Source: Torpedo marmorata
Taxonomy: Eukaryota
Assembly: GCA_977017645.1 (NCBI GenBank)
Contig: OZ360236.1
Coordinates: forward strand, 24,490,001 to 24,554,000
Length of the DNA: 64,000 nt
Direction: 5' to 3'
Under the pieces are notes generated by a model, which worked only from the letters and a program-made list of their open reading frames with translations, was not told the origin of the DNA and searched no databases. The position numbers and the translations under genes are program-made. This document shows positions 24,611 through 37,556 of this stretch, piece by piece. Numbering within the stretch: position 1 is the first letter of the stretch; each line of letters opens with the position of its first letter.

Positions 24611-27600
24611 TTATTATGTTATTATTTGATGTACATATTCATGATTTGTTTTTCCACCCGAAAAGTCCAAGTACCCCACTATTTTTAAGCCAAAAATTTG
24701 TACATGAGTAGCAGCAGTCCTATTAAGCCCTATCAAAGTGCATTAGCTCCAACTAAAACACTTTATGGGGAAAAATAGCACATGTGCAGCGCAATAAATC
24801 CACAACCAGTTCAGTACCCACTGTAGGACACTTGTGAGCAGTAACTTCTGCATCCATTCCAGACAAGAAACGCATCTCTACTTGGCCGCATTAAAATAAA
24901 GGAACTCACCAAAGCAGGAATTCATTACAGCTCACCTGCTGGAGAATGATCTATGTATGAAAGGGCAATTAACCTGGTTAAATATCAATGGACAACACAG
25001 GAAAAAAAAGTTTCTGGAGAGCAGAGATTTGGAGCAATGTTAATTCTTGCTTCTTGGATGTTAGAATATACAAAATGCTACTTTTCTCTGATACTGAATG
25101 TTTCATGCTCCAATTGTTTGAAGTGTAATTAAATGTTGTGAAACATTCAGTGCTGAAATATTAAAATGTGCTGCAAAACACAACATTTTATCAACAATAT
25201 TATTTACAAACACGTCATTAAAAAAAAACTTGGAGCAGTTAGCCCTTATACTTATTGTGAAGAGACTTTACTGTGGATCTTGGAAATGCACAGCAGGATG
25301 CTCTAAAAAAAAGTTGTGATTATTAAGTTTATCACTACAAACTTAACTGTCGTACATAGATTGTCATGTTAAAATAAAGTGCTTATGCTCAATGTACTGT
25401 AATGTGAAAATAATGATCACTGTAAAAATCTGTAGATAATTTGGAAACTTTCTGGCTTACTTTAAATAAAAGCATACAAAATATTTATGGCAAATGAAAT
25501 CAGTTGCACCATAGTCCAAAACCCATCCTTTTATTCCTATTTATATGCTGGTCTGATTGGAGGCATTTTAGCCCTTCATCCAGGCTTGTTTAGTTGGATG
25601 TCACGTGCCAAATAAATTATTAGTGGCAGTTTCCCTCCTGTGGTTAAAAAAAATGGAATGGACAGCACAAAGAAAAGGATTACACATCAAATGAACTTCA
25701 TTTTTCTTGCCATACTTGTCAAGGTAATACCAATAGTAAAAAAAAAACTAATCTTGCAATGAAGTTCTAAAAATAACCTTTTAAAAATAGTTCTTTTGAA
25801 ATATGCAAAACAAAAATAACTACAAACTAAATTGAAAGGATCACAAATATCAAAAATTCTTCACCTCCTCCATCCAAATATTGTTCATAAATAGTCATTA
25901 ATTAGTCATAAATAGTGCAGTTGTTAGCAACTATCCTCAGGTGTTGTATAGCTTTATAGAAGGCTGACCCTTTCTTTTGCTGGTCTACAATAATTGTACT
26001 TCCATGGGGTAAATACAAAATTTCCAACTTTAGGGGGCCATGTTCAGGCATGTTGCTATTTAGGGAAATAGAAGACAGCTCTCATCAAGCCAAATGTATC
26101 ATCAAGCACTGCCAAGTCAGCTTGTAGTTCATTTTACTTTGCTCTAACAATATGATAGAATCTCATCCCTATTCACCCAGCACTGTTTCATCAGTGGGCA
26201 ATCACTTTTGTTTCTCATTCAAAGCTGCCACAGAGCACCACAATTATCTAACTAGAGAACTGTATATTATCTCATTATTTTACATTATGGGATATTAGAT
26301 TTACACCAGTTCTTGTCCTTGAAGAATTTCATACCGCCAAGAATTTGAGACATTTTCCTCACAGTCCTTGGTTAAACTGGAGGGCCATCCAACCATCCTG
26401 TGCTGAAGTTAACTTGTATGATCCAAAGTGTAATAACCAATATCAAATAACCATTCTCAGTTGAAAGTCTTTTATGAAATGTTCTTTCCAGTATGTATTT
26501 CCCAAAGTTGCAAGCTTTGTTCCATATCTGATGGCAGCTAGTCATTCCCAATGTTATTGGTATTACTCAAGGTTATTTTCCAAAGTGCAATGCAATTAAA
26601 GCAGACCAACAAAAATACTAATCAATTATATAATGAAGTAAAATAGGAATGGTTTATATTTCATCACTTTCAGCTACAGCACAGGTATTCTTCGAAAGTG
26701 AAAATAAAAACAAATGATCACGAATCACTCCTTTGGTATTCTTCAATTGCAGCAAAATGTCAGCTTTTTGATTCATACTGCACATATAACCTCATCATGC
26801 TTGGGTACACACGTGTGCATTGAGTTAAGATGGTCATAAGCTGAACTGGGAAATGTGGTTGAGAATCCCTGTAACTGCTGTCTTGAGGTTAAAAATAAAA
26901 GATTGGTCAGACCAAGAATCAGGGATTAGTGCTAAAAGCAGCATTCTGGGGAATTTAAAAAAATAAAATTCTGAGTGACTGTATATTCTAAGGCATATTT
27001 TATCTTTAAAGTTTCTCTAATGGGAATGACGGGACTATCATAAGAAACTCATGCAAGGCATTTTGCCTGTGGTCATCTGTATGGAAAATTTCGATTTTTA
27101 AGGAGTCCATCAACATGATACGATAGTTCATGTTGGTGGACTCCTTAAAAATAGAAATCTCATCTCCTTCAAATAATTCTTATCCTAAAGCCTTCAAACT
27201 TGGGCAAAAGCACAAATGATATCTCAGATGAACAATACACATTAACCACCATAGTGCTTTAAAACTGAATGAGATTTCAAACATTGGGAATCTTTGAAGT
27301 TAAAATCATTTCCTCAAATTTAATTTGTAAATAATGACATCTGAATGTTCAAAATGTAATTTCTTCGCCTAAACGCAGATAATAAAATTTAAAACATGGT
27401 CAATAAACATCTGGCAATCTTCAAAGTATGACAATGTGCAACATGGAGATGGAATAATGGAGAATATTACACAATAAAAAGTATATTTGGACAAAAGCTA
27501 TTAGGTAGTGCTTATTTCACTTTATGAAAGTTCACCAACTTTTTTTGAACAGGACACTTGCACCTAACAGGATTCTTAAGTCAATCAAAACAATGGTTCT

Positions 27601-28465
27601 CTCCATAATTTATCTTCATCTGTCTGTTTAAAATCTTAACTAGTTATCTACATATAAACAACCACTTTATGCTACTACTAGATTAAGGAAGTAACCATAA
27701 CAAATGAGACAAATTCTTCAAAATTTTGGCTGCAAAATCCAAGAACATATTCTAAAAGGTTCTGATACCAGATTGGTTTGGTAAAACCTTTTACCTGCAT
27801 GTGCTTGTTTCATAAAATGATTCTACATTTCTGAACAGTTTTTGTATGTCACTTCTGTACATTGGAAAAAATGTGAGAACATTTAAATGCTCTATTGCTT
27901 TGCTCTACTGAATGGTAGAGTGGTTTTACATCATTTTACAGTAGCACTCAATTTACAGCGCCAATGGAAGCATTATCTGCAAAGCTAGTTTCTGCAGATG
28001 AATTACATGAATACATTTCTCAGAACAGAAGTAGCAATAACCCATAAAATTGAGCTCGGGTTTTGTTATTCAAGAAACTTCATCTTCCTTCAAATTTTTC
28101 ATCAGTTCAAGAAGAATTGATGTACTTTTACCAAAATAAGCCAGTCCTTTTCCTGTGTATGTTTGATTAAACACAATTTGCTATTGAGGAATGAAACACA
28201 AAGCAATTTGTTTACAGAAAAGTTGACTGCAGTGGATAAGACAAAGCCATGCAAATGATAGGGAAACATGGCACCCAATGTATACACTGATGAGATATCC
28301 ACTTTAACATTAAAGAATTTTAGGAGTCTGACATCGAATAGCAATGCTGAATGCACAAATAAGCACTGCATTCTATTATCTGATGCTTATTGTTGCTTGA
28401 AGAATAGCACAGACCAATGAAGTTTTGAAGTTGGCCCAAAATGTATACAAAAGATACACTCCAAT

Positions 28466-28684
28466 TCACAAACGGGTTTGTGCCTCAGGGACATATATTT
28501 CAATACTATCTGCACTCTCTGTTGCAGAGTTCTGCCGGACAGAAGCAGCTCGCTTTGCTGCCATTAATCGCTTGCGAGCTTCCTGGCGTTGCTTGTCAGC
28601 TGAATCTGTCAGTTTTTCACGATTTAAAGGAGTTTTAGTCTTTGCTGGTTTCTTTGGCACTGGAGGGGGCAGCCTTTTCTCTTC
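28466..28684 (-). CDS. DLGAP4: DLGAP4/SAPAP4 last coding exon (C-terminal PDZ-binding QTRL)
   Basis: EEKRLPPPVPKKPAK..DKQRQEARKRLMAAKRAASVRQNSATESADSIEIYVPEAQTRL*; AG acceptor at 28685-28686; 219 nt, phase 0. Confidence 0.93.
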   Translation of the reverse strand, partial: EEKRLPPPVPKKPAKTKTPLNREKLTDSADKQRQEARKRLMAAKRAASVRQNSATESADSIEIYVPEAQTRL

Positions 28685-29056
28685 CTTGGGAGGGTGGGGG
28701 AGAAAAAGTTGCAAGAATTAGAAAAGATGCTATTAATTAAATCAAGACAATAGTTTGGACTACAAGAGTCTTGCATCAATAAGATGGGCCAGTTCTTTTT
28801 GAATTCTCAGACTTGGTTGCCAAGTTGAACTGGAAACAGCAGCAATTCCGTTTTTTATTTTTAAGAAAGATTGGAGGATAAGTAACGCATAAGTAACAAA
28901 GGTACAACTCTAATATCATATGAAATTTAGGATGAAATAACTTTTTTGTTAAAACAGCAAGTGTGGAATGTCTGAAACATATGAAAGAAGTTTTCACATC
29001 TATTACGACAGGTTTATAATGTTAACATTGATGCAAGCAGTTACAACTTTATCTTT

Positions 29057-30241
29057 ATCGACTCTTGTTCGGCATTTAACACCATCATCCCCTCAAAACT
29101 GATCAGCAAACTCCAAGACCTGGGACTCAACACCCCACTGTCCAATTGGATCATGGATTTCCTCACCTCCAGACCACAATCAGTGAGGATTGGTAAGAAC
29201 ATTTCCTCCACAATCTGCATCAGTACCGGAGCACCACAGGGCTGCGTTCTTAGCCCCCTGCTCTACTCACTTTACACCTATGACTGTGTGGCTCGGTACG
29301 ACAATAACACCATCTACAAATTTGCTGACAATACAACGGTAGTGGGTTGTATAAAGGAAGGTGATGAGTCAGCATACAGGAGGGAGATTGAAAACTTGGC
29401 TAAATGGTGCACCAACAACAACCTTGCACTCAATGTCACCAAAACTAAGGAGCTGATTGTTGACTTCAGGAAAGGAAAGCCAGAGGTATACAACCAAGTG
29501 ATCATTGGGGGATGAGAGGTGGAGAGAGTGAGCAAATGTAAGTTCTTGGGAGTCACTTTCTCGGAGGATCTTTCCTGGACCCAACACACTAATGCATCGA
29601 GAAGAAAGCAAGTCAGCGCCTCTACTTCCTCAGGAGTTTGCGGAGGTTTCGTATGACACCAGAAACCCTGGCAAGTTTCTACAGATGTGTGGTGGAAAGT
29701 GTGCTGACCGGCTGCATCGCGGTCTGGTACAGGGACACCAATACCCCTGAGCGTAAAGCCCTCCAAAAGGTAGTGGACACAGCCCAGGACATCACAGGAA
29801 AAACCCTCCCCACTATCGAGAACATCTACAGGGTACGCTGCCGTCGGAGAGCAGCAGCAATCATCAAGGATCCACACCACCCAGCACACGCTCTGTTCTC
29901 ACTGCTGCCACCAGGAACAGGGCCACAAGACTCGCACCACCAGGTTCAGGAACAGCTGCTACCCCTCCACCATCAGACTCCTCAACAACAAACTCAATCA
30001 GGGACTCATTTAAGGACTCTTACTTGTGCACTTTATTGATTTTTTTATTCTCTGTGTATTTTGCACAGTTTGTTTACATTCATTATCTGTTTACAGTTCT
30101 TTATTTGTTTACATGTATACACTGCGTACAGTTTTTTTTGCACTACGAATAAGTGGTAATTCTGCCTCGCCTGCAGAAAAAAGAATCTCAGGGTTGTATG
30201 TGATGTCATGTATGTACTCTGACAATAAATCTGATCTGAAC
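29057..30241 (+). mobile_element. Rex1/Babar-clade LINE, 5'-truncated, frameshifted
   Basis: [64 protein letters not shown]; 3' tail aataaatctgatctga. Confidence 0.88.
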
Positions 30242-30827
30242 TTTGTGCAGGTGATCAATATACGATGTATTCAACCGAGAGAAGTACAGGATGTCCCCTG
30301 GCATCTCATTTGGAATAAGAACAAGGTCATGTCTCCATTGGATTTAGACTGCATTTTCATGACTACTGATTTTTGACATGAAACCTTTTAAAAAGTATCT
30401 GATACAGAAATAAAAAAAAACACTTTGTAGTTCTAACAATGCCATTCACAGGAAATATTAACTACTACAGGTGCTACATGACTTAGTGTTTTTGTTTCAT
30501 TTCAAAATAATTAATCCCAGGAGCATGGGATTAATCATGACATTCTGATCAGTTTTACCGTTGAAAATTATTTAACAGTTGATATGTCACTTCGCAAACT
30601 GAACATATGTGAGTAACTTTTCTGCAAGTATGATTAAAACTGATGTTTGAAATGAACATGAAAAATTGATTGCTTTCTACTTCACATTGCGACAGATTAA
30701 AGTACAAGACCAAAAAAAAATGTTTATGGATTATTTAATTTTCTATGCAAATTATTTAGCCAGCATATAATGTATTCAGCTTGTGCAATTATTTAGCTTT
30801 GGCCTAGCATCAGTAATGAAAAGTATA

Positions 30828-31170
30828 CAGATAGTCCCCGATTTACGATGATCCGACTTACGAATTTTCGAAGTTACGATGGTTCGAATCCGTACTTTCG
30901 ATTTCGAGTTCAGATTTGACCCCGCGCTTGCAATATGCGGCACGCTACTCTTGCGCGATTCTGGGTGACGGCAGCATCGCGCGAGAGTAGCGTACAGCAT
31001 ACTCTCTCGCGATGCTGACTCAACCACGCTCGCAGTCGCTGTATTCAACATGTATTCAACATTTAATTATAAAAAATGGTAAGTGCAGTATTCTTTTTCG
31101 AGTTACGATTTTTTTCGACTGACAATGGGAGTGCCGGAACAGAACCCCATCGTAAGTCGGGAACTACCTG
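30828..31170. mobile_element. Tigger/pogo-type MITE
   Basis: TA|CAGATAGTCCCCGATTTACGATG ... CATCGTAAGTCGGGAACTACCTG|TA; CpG-rich interior. Confidence 0.85.
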
Positions 31171-31631
31171 TAGTGGTCTTTTATTAATCCCGAGTTGACT
31201 AAACCCACATATGCACTTGAGCTGAACCTCAATGCATTCCAATATGACTTCTTTGCGGAATCACAGCAGTTTACTGATTAATGGCATTTTTTTGGTGAAC
31301 GTTTATCAGCAACATTAAAAGGTGAACCTTCTCATCATTTCACCATTATCTTCAGGCCAATTGAATTGCTAACTAAGCCGATTTGAAGATAATTAATCTT
31401 GCAAGTCTCATCAGCCCATGCCAGGATAATTAGTGATCTTTACAGACCAAGTTAAATTCAAGTGCATATTTTAATCTTAATTTCAACTGAACAGCAACTA
31501 ATGTAAAGAATTATCTGTGCACTTGTACCTTTCCATGGATTATTTTCCAAAATAATCTCTGCACTGGCATAGAATACAACTGTCTTCATTCATTGTTACT
31601 CCCCAAATTCTTAGACAAATCTTTAACTTAC

Positions 31632-31784
31632 CTTCTTTTCTGGCATTTCAACAAGTTGCCAGTCATTTGCCTTGAGATGATAAAGTTCATCAAATTTCAA
31701 ACTAATATCTTCAATGGAAAGTTGCAACATATCCCAAAAACCAGCTAGATCCTGTGCAGTAGGTCGTGGATTTGCATTCTGGTT
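31632..31784 (-). CDS. DLGAP4: DLGAP4 exon (GKAP homology domain)
   Basis: NQNANPRPTAQDLAGFWDMLQLSIEDISLKFDELYHLKANDWQLVEMPEKK; ttgtag acceptor, gtaagt donor; 153 nt. Confidence 0.93.
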
Positions 31785-33517
31785 CTACAAAATCAAAATG
31801 AAAATAGGTGTCAATTCTGAGAAATGTCTTATTACTATTTCTCTGCTTTCTGACTAACATCGACTCTTGTGCTGCAATGGGTATTAGTCAGAAAGGAGAG
31901 AAATCAGTGACAAGATTTTCATAGCCTGCCCTGTTGAACCACCTTCATGAAAGTGCTTCAGTAAGACCAGTAATAGAGGTGATTTTGATCTTGAGTCAAA
32001 TTCTGTCCTCACTCCACACATTCACACTTTTGCCACTAGCTGCAGAAGTAAACGAATTATTTCTCCTCGATGTTGCAAATAGATTTGCCTCTGTAGCCAG
32101 TGACAATGGTCACCAAGTTAAAATTACCAGAATAATTTCTTTACACAGACCTTTGGAGCAAGCCATGATAGGACACAAAGTGTTCGAGTCAGAGTCCATG
32201 ACTATTACATTTTCAATTCAAGTGTTTGAGGTTAACAATGAAGACATTATTCTCACCATATTTCCAGAAAATATGCAGGGCATCCATCCTGCTATTTCTA
32301 ACTCAAATCAGATTCAAAAGTGTTCGTGCTTTATGCCCAACTTTCCTTGTTTTAATCCTTTGAATCAAGCTTTCTGCTTTACTATTGCAGCAAAACAGCT
32401 GAAATTCTATGTTGTTGAGAATCTATTCCCTCTCATCCCACAATTTATTTGTCGCCTTCACAGTTTACAGCACCATGGACCTTGAACACGATTTATTCAG
32501 CTGGATGATACCAAACTTGCCTGTTCCCTTCTTATCTATTCAGTTGTAACAAGAAAAATACTTTTCTTGCCATGCTTTCCCTCTCCAAGTTCATCCATGA
32601 AACTAATTTTCACTCCCTTGAGCTCATTCTCACTGGAAGACCATCAAATTTCCTTGCAAAGCCCACGCTAGCTGATGCTTTAAATGGTTCCCACTATTCA
32701 GGAACTTGCTGTTCTATTTTATAATTCCTCATCAAAAAATAAATAAACAACCACTGTCTGTACCAACTTCTCTTCAAGGTTCCTTGTTGCATTATCAAAA
32801 GCAACTCTCCCAAAATTTCATGCTTGAATCTCTCCAACTTGATTTTAAGTGTGATAAACAAGATGAGATCTTTGGGGCAGGGAAGACACAGCATTAATGC
32901 ACAAAATATGGAGGCGATTTGCTGTTAAGTGATCCATTAACCAAAACAACAACCCTGTGAAATTCTGTGCAAACTAGCAGAAGCTAATGATTCGTGAAGA
33001 TGGAAAGGAAATGTCATAACTATTTCTGCATACCCTTGCACAGATCTTCTTGCTTGCTCTCTGACAAGTGGCCATATAGGAATTGTCAATGGACTACTCT
33101 TCAATGGGAAAAAAAATCCCGATCAATCAAATCAACTTACAAACAACATATTTAATAACCAAGTGAAAATTAAAACGAGAACCACCTACTTGTTTCCCTT
33201 CAACATGTGAAGACCAGTATTTTCATTCATTTCTATCTTGGGGATAGTTAAAGAGAAATTGCTCAACTTTCAAATAAGATTAGTTAATTTAATAAAGAAC
33301 ACAAATTCCCCTGCTTGGGAGTGGAATATCAGGAGTGGAATTTAACAACAGGAACATTGGGAACATCTGCTATGAACACACAAGTTTGACACATACCATT
33401 GCTGACAACACATTCTTTGAAATGTCATACCATTTTGTAGAGTATCCTATTCTTGGAAATTAGAAATCATGCCAATTATAACCATTAACTTATTAATGAT
33501 AAGTCAGGTGTAAATAC

Positions 33518-33609
33518 CAGATTCTGTTCGCAGAGACCGTGGAACTGCTTCAATTTCTGAGACATCAAAAGCTGTGCACTTCCCACTGCACTTCGGATTT
33601 TTCCTAGAA
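33518..33609 (-). CDS. DLGAP4: DLGAP4 exon (GKAP homology domain)
   Basis: (V)LGKIRSAVGSAQLLMSQKLKQFHGLCEQNL; ttttttatcag acceptor, gtattt donor; 92 nt, phase 1 to 0. Confidence 0.92.
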
Positions 33610-34389
33610 CTGATAAAAAAGAAAAAGGATTTTCCATATGCAGAGCAAACTATATTTAGAATCATTTCAAAATATTTTTTATACTGGACAATAAACACAA
33701 GATAAAAGGAAAAAATCAGCAGAAAGCTCAACTGCGAAAATCAGCAACAGAATCAAAGAATAAAAATCAATTTAACACCCTCACTTGAAGCCACCTACTT
33801 GTTCCCCTTCAACACCTGAACAGTCAACAAATTCTGTTGTTCTCACCTACCTTCTATCCTACATAGCTCCTGTTACGTTTTTTTCAAATGTACATTAAAA
33901 TACTAAATATCTTCCTGTCACTTCCTGCACCGCATTAAGAGGATGTAAACAGCTAGAGTAGCTCCAGAAGTACTCTTCATTCCTCCAGCTAGAAGTTCTG
34001 GTCCCTATGCTTAAGACCCTGACGGAATCACCTACTTCAAGAGTAGAAGTGATACTGATCCAGCTTCCTTCGAGAGAAAGCGAACACAGTTGTAAGTCAT
34101 CTGAACCAAATCATATTTAATGGTGTAGTATAAAAGTAAGCACACAAAAATACATCAGCACTGAAATAACAGTGCCAGTATATCAACATCAGGAAATTAA
34201 CTTGAAAAGTGTGTAATTTGGACTAACTATACTTACATTTTTTATATCAATATCTAATATTACTCTGAAGAATGCTCAAGTATTTGAAGTAGGGATAAAA
34301 TCTAATAAGCATTAGTTTATTTTTTAACATTGTGGAACTTTTTAAACTGACAGTGTTATTAGTACATGAACATGGAAAAAATACATAAT

Positions 34390-36382
34390 TGTGGTGGGAG
34401 GTACAGGAGACTGGGATGTAGGAGAGAGAGGAATAGGGATCTCATCGTCGTCTGAATCCGTCAGGTCACTAACGTCTACACCTTCTTCTATGTCTGCCTG
34501 CCTCGATGTCGAAGGTCGAGGTTCGTTGTCTGCTGTGGAAGGCTTGAAATATGACAGTATGCTTGACTGCTTAGCCTCACGCGTTTTTCTATCATACAGT
34601 TCTTTGTAGGCACTCAAAGCATCCAGCAAAGTTGCTCTAAACCTATGTGCCCTTTCAAAATTAAAGTCATACTTTTCTGCAATCAGTGCAGCATTGTCAA
34701 TCGTGGAGAAAATCGCACGCAAGTGCTTCACGTTCAGTTCCTGGATTACTTCACTTTCGGGCCGTTCGCTATTGCGTTCAGTTTCGATTCGTATCCTTTC
34801 CTCTTTTGCAATTGCATCAGGTCTTCATCTGTCAGTTCTTGGTCATGGGATGCCAAAACCTCTTCAACATCATCTTCGTCAACTTCCACAAACCCAGCCT
34901 CCTTAGCCAGATTCACTATTTCCGTATTTATTATTGTTGGTTCGAAGCCTTTAAAATCGTTCACTGCTTCGGGACACAGTTTCCTCCAAACGCCATTTCT
35001 CATCGAGACTGTTAGCCTATCGAGAGCATCTCCAAGGTTGCCAATTGCCAATTTTTATATTGTAGTCTTTCCAGATCTTTTGCAAAGATGCTTCGGAGTT
35101 GCCCTCTCTGTTAATGGCTCTTACAATAAAACACATCACACTTTGCATGTAGTAAGCCTTAATTGTGGCTATTAGGCCTTGGTCACACGGTTGCAGCAAC
35201 GACGTCATATTCGGCGGTAAGAACACAACATGAATGTTACCACCATACTCGGTAATGCCAGGTAGATGAGCAGCACAATTATTGACAATCACAACACACC
35301 TCTCATCGATGCGATTTTCTCTACAGTATCTTTCAACAAACGGACTAACGTATCCACTCATGTACTCAGAGAAAATCACTTGGGTGTTCCAACTGCTTGG
35401 ATGTGAACGAAACACAACAGGACGTGTATTCTTATCAACGCCTTTAAGTGCCCTCGGATTTTCTGAATGGTACACCATTGGAGGCCTAAGAACAGCATCA
35501 CCAGTGGCGTTAATAAAAGGCATTAGGGTAAACCTGTCCTTTGATGTCTTGTGTCCCTTAGCCTGCTTTTCTTCCATTTAAATGAATGTCCTGCTCGGCA
35601 ATTTTTTCCAATAAATTGCAGTTTCATCACAGTTGAACACTTGCCTATACGAAAAAGCACCTTCTGTGATTATTTTCTTCAGTTCTTCTGGGAACTTTTC
35701 GGCAGCTTCAGTATCAACCGAAGCACTCTCTCCAGTAATCTTTAAGCTATGAATCTGCCCTCGCCTCAAAAATCAATCAAACCACCCATGACTACCTTTA
35801 AATTCCACTTTTGCAACACTTTCATCTCCATCGTCCAGTGCTTTCTGTTTCAGTTTATGAAAAAGAGTGACTCATTACTCCTTAAGTATAAGATAGCTTA
35901 ATGGAACACTACGCTTTGTACACCCATCAATCCACTCAAGCAATAGACTTTCCATTTTCTCCATTACTGGATGCCGACTAAAAGAGATCACTTTGTTGCT
36001 AGCAGAACCAATAGTAACTTCGGCAGATTTAAAGATTATTTCTCTCTGCGTGTAAATAGTACGAATAGTGGATGCAGGTAGGTTCAACGCACGCACAATG
36101 TCTTTATTTCGTTCACCACGATCCAAACGTTTAATTATGTCCAGTTTTGCGGTAAGCGTAACAACCTTACAAGCTCTCTTAGGCTTTTCCAATACCTTGG
36201 GACACATCCTGCTAACGGATGTACAATATAAATCAAGATAAAGCACAGATGCTCACAGACACAGTAAAAAGCCTTGATGCTGGGTGTAGTTCCCGGGGAA
36301 GGAGCTGCACGCAGCCTCAGGTCGCATTTCTCGTAAAAGCAAATTTTCGTAATTCGAGTATTTGTAAAGCGGGGTACACCTG
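34390..36382 (-). mobile_element. Tigger/pogo DNA transposon with disrupted TIGD1-like transposase; 3' end not found
   Basis: ORF pieces 35875-36246 (CENP-B HTH: KLDIIKRLDRGE..LNLPASTIRTI), 35578-35769 (QVFNCDETAIYWKKLPSRTFI), 35017-35577 (KDRFTL..NATGD..FLPPNMTSLLQPCDQGLI), 34746-35051 and 34342-34731; 5' TIR CAGGTGTACCCCGCTTTAC preceded by TA. Confidence 0.9.
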
Positions 36383-36684
36383 TATCTACTTTTGTAGTGA
36401 GAAAATTAAATTAATTGACAAAAAACACAGATTTTAAGGGCCTAAATTCCCAACTGTTGTTACCATGCCAATGTAATATTTACTTAGAGAAGATTGATTT
36501 TATATCCAGAAAAATAAACAAATTAGAAATCGTACATCTTCAGAAAAACAAATCAGCCTTTACGAAGATTATTTTAGGTAGTCATTTGTGCAATGAGTTA
36601 AAGGCAATTTGATCAAAAGACCAACTGCGTTCTCCACTGAAATAAAGGCAAATTCAAGCCCAAAAACCAAGATGAAAAATTCTG

Positions 36685-36875
36685 ATTTAAACCACACGAG
36701 CCCCTGCCGCTCAATTAACCTACAATCCCGTACGTTTTGAATGGTGGGAGGAAACCGGAGTCCCCGGGGAAAACCCACGCAGACACGGGGAGAACATACA
36801 AACTCCTTACAGACAGCGCGGGATTCGAACCCCGGTCGCTGGCACTGTAACAGCGTTGCGCTAACCGTGCTGCCC
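36685..36875 (-). mobile_element. V-SINE (HE1-like)
   Basis: 'ggtgggaggaaaccggag...acccacgcagacacggggagaacatacaaactcc...ggattcgaaccc'. Confidence 0.85.
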
Positions 36876-37556
36876 TTTCTTCATCCTAAACTTTTTGGAG
36901 TGGAGGAGGAGGGTCTTACAAATCAATGATGGCAGGTCTGGCCACTTCTCATGCAGGGAAACCAACACAATCATTACTTGCATATTAGTATCATGCAGAT
37001 ATTATTTTGAAAAGACTGGCTAAGCACTGGAATAACACTTATTCACTTGCCATGAAGTACAATGAGGCATGGTACCTCACCTGGGAACAAATAGTTTGTG
37101 AGGCAGACCATCTGTCAAATTTAGATTGTTCTAGTCGGATCATTTCTCTAAATCCCAGAACCACAGTTATCAAGAATGTTTAAGAATTTGCAGTGGAAGC
37201 ATCCTGGTCAGGCAGAGACTAGAGTAAAAACACCTCAAAAGCAAATTCCAAATTAGTCTTTGATTGATATAACTGAAAAAGATGGTTAACATGATACATT
37301 ATTGATGATTTTATGTGCTCCTTAATTTGCACACCTTGGGAGAGTGGAAAACTTTCCCTCAGTCAAGCTCCATATTCTCCCACAATATTACACTTTGTTT
37401 TAAACAAAAACTGAAGGGAATCAATGAGATGGCTTAAAGTATATAGAATGGTTTTGAGATCGTCGATATTCCATTTTTATTTAACCTTAAAACAAACCAA
37501 AGAGTTGAAGTGAATTCTAATAATGGAGGTAAAATATAATTGTCCCATTAGTGTAC

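Noticed and set aside
31934-32485. 183-aa plus-strand ORF
   Set aside because: No recognisable domain, non-ATG start, antisense within a DLGAP4 intron
34342-36246. Domesticated TIGD gene
   Set aside because: Several stops and frameshifts plus a retained TIR indicate a decaying transposon copy
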